A DNA stretch of 64,000 nt from an uncultured Verrucomicrobiae bacterium (lineage in GTDB: Bacteria; Verrucomicrobiota; Verrucomicrobiia; Chthoniobacterales; UBA10450): the NCBI GenBank assembly GCA_963801815.1, contig CAWDGJ010000003.1:448001-512000 (forward strand), given 5' to 3'. This document shows positions 56,972 through 64,000 of the stretch, in pieces. Numbering within the stretch: the stretch's first letter is position 1; every line of letters starts with the position of its first letter. The notes under the pieces are model-generated. The model made no database searches. It was not told the DNA's origin and saw only the letters and a program-made list of their open reading frames with translations. The position numbers and the translations under genes were made by a program.

Positions 56972-57624
56972 ACAAAGCGATCCCGACCGAACAAGATTTC
57001 ACGGTGGCGATGCAGCAATTAAGTGCTGAAGCTGAGAAGGTGCTGACACCGCCGGGGGGGATTGTTAATGATGGGGCGCTACCGGGCCCCGCCAACATTG
57101 CCGAAAGCGTTCGGTCGCTGGAAAAAGCGCTGTTGGGCCGGCTTGACCAATTCTCCGGCGAGATCGACAAACAATTGGCGCTGATCCGCAACACGGAAAG
57201 TGTGAATCAGCAGCTCTTCGATTCACTTCACGCGGAGTTGCTCAAATATCGCGATAATTTTTTGCACGAGTCGCTCCAAAAGCCGTTCATTCACGATCTG
57301 GTTTATCTCTACGACCATCTCAACGGATTGTGTGAGCAACTCTCCATCGCTGCCGAGGAAAAAGGCAAACGCAGCCCTGTCTCCCAATGGCGTGATAATC
57401 TTGAAAACGCCATTGACTCGTTGGTCGAAATTCTTCATCGGTTCGAGGTCCGCGAGATTGAACCTCGGGAACGGGTCGACCGCGCCTATCACCGTGTGAC
57501 CAGTTTCGAGCCGGCGGAATTTCCCGAAGAAGACGGCACGATAGTCATGCGATTGAAGCGCGGATTTGTCTGGCGCGGCAAGTTGATTCGTCCCGAAGAA
57601 GTTATCGCAAAGCGCTTTGGCTGA
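56968..57624 (+). CDS. GrpE-family nucleotide exchange factor (divergent)
   Basis: Coiled-coil N-terminus; C-terminal EILHRFEV..DRAYH...GTIVMRLKRGFVWRGKLIRPEEV beta domain. Confidence 0.85.
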   Translation: MNKAIPTEQDFTVAMQQLSAEAEKVLTPPGGIVNDGALPGPANIAESVRSLEKALLGRLDQFSGEIDKQLALIRNTESVNQQLFDSLHAELLKYRDNFLHESLQKPFIHDLVYLYDHLNGLCEQLSIAAEEKGKRSPVSQWRDNLENAIDSLVEILHRFEVREIEPRERVDRAYHRVTSFEPAEFPEEDGTIVMRLKRGFVWRGKLIRPEEVIAKRFG

Positions 57625-57742
57625 GGGCAGTTCAGGGTGGTCAATCTAGCGCTCTAGTTGACAAGAATTTCGTTCCGCAATGGGGCACGAAAGCTGCACT
57701 AGAAACACCCCGCCGAAGCCAAGCAATCGCCCAAATTTTGTC

Positions 57743-59305
57743 ATGAGTACACGCAAAGTAGTTGGAATTGACCTCGGGACCACTTTTTCGGCCATCGCGC
57801 ACATCGATAACTACGGGAAACCGCAAATCATCCCGAATAGCGAGACCGAACGAATTACGCCTTCGGTGATTTTTTTCGACGGTACAAACGTCATTGTTGG
57901 CACGGTGGCGAAAAACAACGCGGTGGCGGAACCGGAGAAGATTGTCGATTTCGTGAAACGCGAAATGGGTAAGCCGAAGGACCAGTTTCATCGCGAATTT
58001 GGTCGCAAGATTTTTTCGGCCGAAGAGCTCTCCGCGGTCATCATGAAGAAACTCAAAGCCGACGCGGAAAAATATCTCGAGCAACCGATAACGGACGCGG
58101 TCATCACGGTGCCGGCGTATTTCAATGATGCTGAGCGTACGGCGACCATCACGGCTGGCCGGCTTGCAGGTCTAAACGTTCTCCAGATCATTAATGAGCC
58201 AACTGCCGCCGCTCTCGCGTACGGACTCGACAAACTCGACGAGAACCAAACCGTTTTCGTTTTCGACCTCGGTGGCGGCACGTTCGACGTGACCATCATG
58301 CGTATCGTCGACCACAAAATTGAGATGATCGCGACGAATGGTGATCATCGTTTGGGCGGCAAAGATTGGGACGATGTGATTGTCAACATGATCGCAGAAG
58401 AGTTCGATCGCCTTCACGGTGAGAACCCGCTTCTGGACTTGCACAGCTATCAAGACCTTCACAACCGCGCGTTGTCGGCCAAGATCCAACTCTCCAGCCG
58501 CAACAGCACGACGATTGTTTATCACCACGGCGGCAAGAGCGTGAAATTGACGCTGACCCGCAAAGATTTTGAAATGCGCACCCGCCATTTGGTCGAGAAG
58601 TGTAAGACCATTTGTGAAATGGTGATGCAGGAAGCGAGATTGAAATGGGACAACATCGACAAGGTGCTTCTTGCCGGCGGCATGACACGGATGCCGATGA
58701 TTCGCGCGATGATCTCGAGTTTTTCTTCGGTGCCGATGATCGATCAGCTGAATCCCGACGAAGTCGTTGCTCGCGGCGCTGCAATCCAGGGCGTCTTGTC
58801 GATTTTAAACGAGGAAAATGTTTCCGGGGAAAAGACGATCAGCGACGCGGTTCGCCAGCAATTTTCCGCACTCGACGGCAGCTTGATTGAAGTTACCGAC
58901 ATCACTTCTCACACGCTTGGCGTAGTGCTTTGGGATGAAAAACATCTTCAGGAATACGTGTTTCCGATGATTCGCAAGATGACGCCGATTCCCGCGGTCA
59001 TGAAGAATTCTTTCGGCACTGCCGATGCCAATATGCAACACGCGGTCGTGAAAGTTGTGGAAGGTGAGAGCAGCATCCCGGCCGAATGCACGTCACTCGG
59101 ACTTTGCGACATTCAGCTTCCGCCCTATCTGCCGAAAGGCTCGCCGGTGAGACTCACCTATGAGTACAACGCCAATCAGGTGTTGGAGGTGCAAGTAGAA
59201 GCAGCGGGCAACAACGCTCAGGTGACGATCGACCGCAATACGGGTTTGGCGCCGCAGGACATCAATCAGGCCGCCTCGGGATTGGGCGAGCTCAATGTCA
59301 CTTAG
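57743..59305 (+). CDS. Non-canonical Hsp70 (520 aa, no alpha-helical lid)
   Basis: GIDLGTT, TVPAYF, INEPTAAA, FDLGGGTFD, GGMTRMP, NPDEVVARGAA; ends soon after SBD-beta. Confidence 0.92.
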   Translation: MSTRKVVGIDLGTTFSAIAHIDNYGKPQIIPNSETERITPSVIFFDGTNVIVGTVAKNNAVAEPEKIVDFVKREMGKPKDQFHREFGRKIFSAEELSAVIMKKLKADAEKYLEQPITDAVITVPAYFNDAERTATITAGRLAGLNVLQIINEPTAAALAYGLDKLDENQTVFVFDLGGGTFDVTIMRIVDHKIEMIATNGDHRLGGKDWDDVIVNMIAEEFDRLHGENPLLDLHSYQDLHNRALSAKIQLSSRNSTTIVYHHGGKSVKLTLTRKDFEMRTRHLVEKCKTICEMVMQEARLKWDNIDKVLLAGGMTRMPMIRAMISSFSSVPMIDQLNPDEVVARGAAIQGVLSILNEENVSGEKTISDAVRQQFSALDGSLIEVTDITSHTLGVVLWDEKHLQEYVFPMIRKMTPIPAVMKNSFGTADANMQHAVVKVVEGESSIPAECTSLGLCDIQLPPYLPKGSPVRLTYEYNANQVLEVQVEAAGNNAQVTIDRNTGLAPQDINQAASGLGELNVT

Positions 59306-59308
59306 GCG

Positions 59309-60910
59309 ATGACCAAGTGCGACATCAGCTTCCCACTTCCACTCCCAGATAACCCGCGAAAGTGGCAGGGGTGGAATAATTATCGCTCGCCGAATTACTA
59401 TGAGCGGTTGTGTCTCGATCCGTATTCCAATCCAAGCAACGAGTTGATCGAGGAACACTGCCGCGAGTTGATGCGCTGGTGGCAAAAGAAATTGCCGCTC
59501 AAGAATCAACCGAGCAATCCGCTGGCCCAAATGCTTTGGTCCGGCCTGGAAGATTCCTCGCGTTTCTTGACCGAAGCGCGTCTGGAGCTTCTCGATCCGG
59601 ACCGGCGCAAATTGATCGATGAACAATTGGCTGCGGAGCAGCACGAAGCCGCCGTATCTGAATTTCGAAAGTATCTCGAGTTCGCGCTGACAGGCGGCGT
59701 CTTAAACCCGGAAGAGGAAAAAAATCTGGTGCGCTTCGGGACCGAACAGGCCCTGTCTACGGCAGAGATAGATTCGTTGATTGAAGACGGACTGCGCGAG
59801 AGTGGGGCCAAACGTGCCACACCTCCTTCGCCGTCGACCCATTTGTCGCAACTGGCTCCGCCCTCGGCGGCGTCCGCAAATCCGCAGGAAGAATTTCTGC
59901 GAATGCTCCGCCTGAGCAACCTCGAGAGCACGAGCATGAGCGACGATCAGCGCGACACCTTTATCGACATGGCTGAAAATCTCGGACTCGATCCGGGCGA
60001 AGCGGAAGATCTTGTCGATCTATACCTGGAAGAAGCGGACGAGAAGGCGCTCGCACTGATGGAAAAACCCGCACCGAAAATCGAACTGAAGCAAGCGCCC
60101 GCGTCACCACCGGTTCAAGAAAGATCGGCGCCAGTCAAATTCGAGTACAACGCAGACCTGGAACGCGCCCGGTATAGCAATTTCACAAACTCATTGGCAG
60201 CGACCATGATCTTTGTGCCGTCAGCGGAATTTACCATGGGAAGCGATGCCGAAGACGCTTCGCCAAATGAGCAGCCAACTGCGCATGTAACCGTCACGCG
60301 TTTTTACATTTCGCGCCATTTGATTACGAACGTGGACTACGAGCAGTTCGACCGCTCGCACGCGTGCAAGCGCGCCCAAGGCGCGAGCGATCAACACCCC
60401 GTCGTGTATGTCAGTAGTTTGGACGCGATCAAGTTTTGCAACTGGTTGAGCACGCGCGAACGCCGCAAGTATCGGCTCCCAACCGAAGCGGAATGGGAAT
60501 ACGCTGCGAAAGGGAGTGACAATCGTAAATTTCCCTGGGGCAGTCAGGATGGCCGAGGCGACCTGGCGAACTTTGCTGACAAAAACACCGTGTTTGCGTG
60601 GAGCGACCACGAGATTGATTGCGGTTACGCCGAAACGTCGCCGGTTGGCGCTTTTCCACTCGGAGCCAGTCCGTTCGGGCTCGAAGATATGGCCGGAAAC
60701 ACTTGGGAGTGGTGTCTCGACTATTATGAGCCGTACCGTCCGGGTCCCAAAGTGAACCCGCGCGGACCGACCATCGGGGCCAAGCGCGTTTACCGCGGCG
60801 GCAGTTGGAAATCGCGCTTTAGCAGCCTGCGCACGACGGTGCGCGGTTCGAATGTTCCCAGCTTTTCGTGTAACGATCTCGGCTTCCGGATTGTTTGCGA
60901 ATGCGACTAA
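59309..60910 (+). CDS. J-domain-like N-terminus + helical repeats + FGE-sulfatase-fold domain
   Basis: NYYERLCL...LTEARLELLDPDRRKLID; C-terminal FTMGS, RLPTEAEWEYAA, DMAGNTWEWC, RGGSW, GFRIV. Confidence 0.85.
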   Translation: MTKCDISFPLPLPDNPRKWQGWNNYRSPNYYERLCLDPYSNPSNELIEEHCRELMRWWQKKLPLKNQPSNPLAQMLWSGLEDSSRFLTEARLELLDPDRRKLIDEQLAAEQHEAAVSEFRKYLEFALTGGVLNPEEEKNLVRFGTEQALSTAEIDSLIEDGLRESGAKRATPPSPSTHLSQLAPPSAASANPQEEFLRMLRLSNLESTSMSDDQRDTFIDMAENLGLDPGEAEDLVDLYLEEADEKALALMEKPAPKIELKQAPASPPVQERSAPVKFEYNADLERARYSNFTNSLAATMIFVPSAEFTMGSDAEDASPNEQPTAHVTVTRFYISRHLITNVDYEQFDRSHACKRAQGASDQHPVVYVSSLDAIKFCNWLSTRERRKYRLPTEAEWEYAAKGSDNRKFPWGSQDGRGDLANFADKNTVFAWSDHEIDCGYAETSPVGAFPLGASPFGLEDMAGNTWEWCLDYYEPYRPGPKVNPRGPTIGAKRVYRGGSWKSRFSSLRTTVRGSNVPSFSCNDLGFRIVCECD

Positions 60911-61017
60911 CTAATCATCGGAGAACAAGAAACCGATGTCCGGTCGCCCGCGGGCGATGATTGCGTCAACGAATCTTTCGCGTCTCCGCTCTGGGCTTCC
61001 GCTTTCCGGTATCGATA

Positions 61018-61212
61018 TTACGGATTAAAGCGGAACTTCGTCCGGCCGCGCTTGGCGTTCGCTTTCATTTTGCGGCGGTGCTTCTGCGAAGGCGTTTCGA
61101 AAGCGCGTAGACGGCGCACTTCCTCAAGGATCCCCTCGGCATCCAGTTTGTTCTTCAGCCGCTTCAACGCGCGATCGACTGGCTCACCTTTACGAACGAG
61201 TACTTCTGGCAT
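61018..61212 (-). CDS. rpsU: 30S ribosomal protein S21
   Basis: MPEVLVRKGEPVDRALKRLK...FETPS. Confidence 0.95.
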   Translation of the reverse strand: MPEVLVRKGEPVDRALKRLKNKLDAEGILEEVRRLRAFETPSQKHRRKMKANAKRGRTKFRFNP

Positions 61213-61252
61213 CAATAATCAACTCCTGATCTGCAAATTTTGTGCCCGACGG

Positions 61253-61281
61253 GTCCGCCTTCGCAAAAGCTACGGCGTGAC
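61253..61281. repeat. REP-like palindrome, same family as 5504-5535
   Basis: GTCCGCCTTCGCAAAAGCTACGGCGTGAC. Confidence 0.65.
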
Positions 61282-61338
61282 GGGCGAGGCCGACCCTAAG
61301 CGGGGTAGTGGGTTCCGTCAAATCGCGCCAGTTTTGGC

Positions 61339-63732
61339 CTAACGGGCGATTGGATTTGCGCTGGTGGTGGCCTGAGTAACCTCGCGGCGCAGCGAGGCGG
61401 TGCTCTTGCCGCGAGCGCGTGTCCACCAAAGGACGATTGGCGACGCGATAAAGATCGACGAATACGTGCCGACGATCACGCCGACGAGGAAGGAGAACGC
61501 AAAGTCGTTGAGCACAGGGCCGCCGAAGAAATACAAGGCAAGAACGGTGAGCAAAACGGTGCCACCGGTCAGAATGGTGCGCGACAGCGTGTCGTTAATC
61601 GAGTGGTTCATGACTTCGGCGATAGAACCTGAGAGGCGATCGCGCAGGCCGCTGCGGATTCGGTCGAAGACGACGATCTTATCGTTAATCGAGTACCCGG
61701 CGATGGTGAGGATCGCCGCGACCATGATGAGCGAAAGCTCGCGTCCGCTGAGCGCGAAGATTCCGAGAGTGATAACCAGATCGTGTGCCAGCGCGGCGAG
61801 CGACCCGACCGCGAACGAGGTGCCGAATCGCATGCTCACATAGATAAAGATCCCGACAAGGCCGAGTGTAAGAGCAAGCGCGCTCTTGCTCGCCAGTTCC
61901 TTTCCAACCAGCGCGCCGACGTGGTCGGTCTGTTCGAATTTCAAACCTGCAGTCGGAAGGGCTTCTTGTAATCGCGCCCGGATTTTGTCAGCAGTGCCGG
62001 CCTCGGAACGGATACCGATCAGGTCGCGATTGGCGACTCGCTCAGATTGGATCACGCTGTTTTGAAGCCCGGTGTTCGCTAGCGCGGCGCGAATTTGATC
62101 TGGGGTCAGCTTTTGAGTTGCGGACAGAACCATTAAATCGCCGCCTTTGAAATCGGCGCCGAGGTTGCGCTCACCGCGAACAAAAAGAACCGCGAGACTC
62201 AGGACCACCGCGGTTCCGGAAATGAGGATGAATTTCTTGGCGTGTCCGAGAAAATCGAAATCTTTCGATCGGATGAGGTGGAGCATCGACACCTTCTTCA
62301 AGATGTTCAGGGCGAACGCCCACGAGAAACAAGTATAGGTGACGAGCAGCGACGAGAACATCGAAGCGACAATGCCGATCGTCAGTGTCAGCGCGAAACC
62401 TTTGACCGGGCCGCTGGCGAGCCAGAACAAAATGACCGCGGTGAGGAACTGCGTGACGTGCGCGTCGAAGATCGCGCTAAACGCCTTTTGATATGACGTG
62501 TCGATCGACGTGCGCAGTGTCTTGCCCTGCTTAATCTCGTCGCGCAGGCGTTCATAGATCAGAACGTTGGCGTCGACCGCGATACCAAGGCTGAGAATTA
62601 ATCCTGCAATACCGGGGAGCGTGAGCACGCTGTTAAACATGCCGAGCGCACCGACGACCATGATGCAGTTGATTGCCAGCGCGATGTCCGCGATGAGGCC
62701 GACCAGCCGGTAATAAATGATCATGAATACCACGACCAAGGCGAAGCCGGCGATGCCGGAATAGATGCCGCTCTTAATAGAATCGCTGCCGAGACTGGCG
62801 GATACCTGGCGTTCCTCCTCGATTTTCACCGGCGTCTGCAATGGATTCTCGAGCACGCTTGCCAGTCCGCGGGCCTCGGTCTCATCAAACTTGCCGGTAA
62901 TAATCGCGTCGCCGCCGTAAATTGCATCGCGGATGACGGGCGCCGATTGAATCACCCCGTCGAGCACAATCGCGAAACGATGGCCTTTGTTCGCTGCGGT
63001 GATCTCGCCAAACTTTTTCGCGCCTTCGCCGTCGAACTTTAGCTGCACCGTCCAGCCTTCGTTTCCGTAGTAGGCATGAGATTCACGGACGTGATCACCG
63101 CCCAGATCGGCTTTCTTTTTGACGAGAAGCCGCTCCACTTTTGGTTTTTCGTTCTCTTCACCTCGCATCGTATACGTTTCGATACGGTAGTCGGGCGGGA
63201 TCACTTCCTGGCCTTTATCGATCTTGTCCAAGCGGTCGCCGTTGTCGGGATAGACGAGGCGAAACTCGAGCTTGGCGACGCGTGAAAGCTGGTCGCGCGC
63301 TTCCTGGATTTTTCCGGCATCAAGGCCGGGAATCTGAACGAGGATCCGGTCCGTTCCCTGCGGTGTGATGATTGGCTCGCTGACGCCGAATTGATCGACA
63401 CGCTTGCGGATCGCCTCGATCGCCTGGTCCACCATTGACTTGGTGATCGGGCGCTTCGTTCCGTCAGGGCTGGCCGCCGGTTCCAACCGAATCAAAAAGG
63501 AGGTGCCGCCTTGTAAATCGAGGCCGAGATGGATTTTGCCAGGGCGAAGGATTGTTCCGTCCGGGCGTTTTTGGTCGAACGGCGGATAGGTCGATGCAAG
63601 GCACAATGTCGTGATCGCGATAGTCAGGACCGTTCCCAAAAGTCGGCGGATTCGTTCGTTATCGGTTGCAAAGTACCAACCGAACAAGATCAGCAGACCG
63701 ATACCGGCGAAAAATGTGGCTGCAGGACTCAT
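61339..63732 (-). CDS. secDF: Fused protein translocase subunit SecDF
   Basis: LGLDLQGG, RVDQFGVSEP, LTLPGIAG, AVDANVLIYER, GADFKGG, GYSINDKIVVFDRIR. Confidence 0.97.
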   Translation of the reverse strand: MSPAATFFAGIGLLILFGWYFATDNERIRRLLGTVLTIAITTLCLASTYPPFDQKRPDGTILRPGKIHLGLDLQGGTSFLIRLEPAASPDGTKRPITKSMVDQAIEAIRKRVDQFGVSEPIITPQGTDRILVQIPGLDAGKIQEARDQLSRVAKLEFRLVYPDNGDRLDKIDKGQEVIPPDYRIETYTMRGEENEKPKVERLLVKKKADLGGDHVRESHAYYGNEGWTVQLKFDGEGAKKFGEITAANKGHRFAIVLDGVIQSAPVIRDAIYGGDAIITGKFDETEARGLASVLENPLQTPVKIEEERQVSASLGSDSIKSGIYSGIAGFALVVVFMIIYYRLVGLIADIALAINCIMVVGALGMFNSVLTLPGIAGLILSLGIAVDANVLIYERLRDEIKQGKTLRTSIDTSYQKAFSAIFDAHVTQFLTAVILFWLASGPVKGFALTLTIGIVASMFSSLLVTYTCFSWAFALNILKKVSMLHLIRSKDFDFLGHAKKFILISGTAVVLSLAVLFVRGERNLGADFKGGDLMVLSATQKLTPDQIRAALANTGLQNSVIQSERVANRDLIGIRSEAGTADKIRARLQEALPTAGLKFEQTDHVGALVGKELASKSALALTLGLVGIFIYVSMRFGTSFAVGSLAALAHDLVITLGIFALSGRELSLIMVAAILTIAGYSINDKIVVFDRIRSGLRDRLSGSIAEVMNHSINDTLSRTILTGGTVLLTVLALYFFGGPVLNDFAFSFLVGVIVGTYSSIFIASPIVLWWTRARGKSTASLRREVTQATTSANPIAR

Positions 63733-63785
63733 GCGATGTTTGATCTGCTCATTTCTTCAGGCTCTCGACACTCAACCATCGACTC

Positions 63786-64000
63786 TCAACTTTCTTTTAG
63801 CACATTCGTAACCGCGGATTTTTCCACTTCGATCTTCACGTTGTCGGCCACCTTCAACATCACAGTGGTTTCCTTCACGTTTGCGATCAATCCATGAATG
63901 CCGGCATTGGTCACGACTTTGTCACCTGTTTTCAAGGCGGAGACCAGCCGCTGCTGTTCCTGTTGCCGCTTCTTCTGCGGCCGGAACAGCATGAAGTACA
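63786..64000 (-). CDS. yajC: Preprotein translocase subunit YajC, partial
   Basis: YFMLFRPQKKRQ, LKTGDKVVTNAGIHG; upstream of secDF. Confidence 0.93.
   Translation of the reverse strand, partial: YFMLFRPQKKRQQEQQRLVSALKTGDKVVTNAGIHGLIANVKETTVMLKVADNVKIEVEKSAVTNVLKES

Noticed and set aside
60700..60910. Diversity-generating retroelement target in the FGE-fold C-terminus
   Set aside because: No reverse transcriptase or template repeat seen in the window; a remote DGR cannot be excluded.
59309..60910. True formylglycine-generating enzyme
   Set aside because: The catalytic Cys pair is absent and no sulfatase is in the window.

Overview
64 kb of mostly core chromosome from a GC-rich bacterium. 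The fused secDF, sufT, rsmA-NUDIX fusion, dapL, hopanoid genes and repeat style suggest a soil verrucomicrobium (Chthoniobacterales-like); this is inference, not a database result. Housekeeping genes include purH, hpnH, shc, sod, dapL, tRNA-Met(CAT), rsmA, tkt, dnaB, rplI, a 2-oxoacid dehydrogenase E1a/E1b/E2 cluster, smc, queC/queF, apt, a heme operon, rpsU, secDF and yajC. Many essential genes are broken by clustered single-base indels (about 11-19.7, 25.4-27.5, 32.6-34.3 and 38.7-45.7 kb), best explained as long-read consensus errors. Best candidates for new biology: (1) a GrpE + lidless Hsp70 + HPD-less J-like/FGE-fold chaperone module appended to the heme operon; (2) a lipid remodelling locus where a Spinster-like MFS sits divergently from an Aas-type enzyme, next to a PlsC-hydrolase fusion and an SGNH hydrolase; (3) a secreted protein with three 38-aa six-cysteine repeats; (4) pseudo-enzymes and a degenerate ECF/anti-sigma pair; (5) a DnaA-box cluster and tandem NrdR-like boxes before smc; (6) many short palindromic intergenic repeat families, two copies lying inside coding sequence. 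No CRISPR array, transposase, integrase or prophage was seen.
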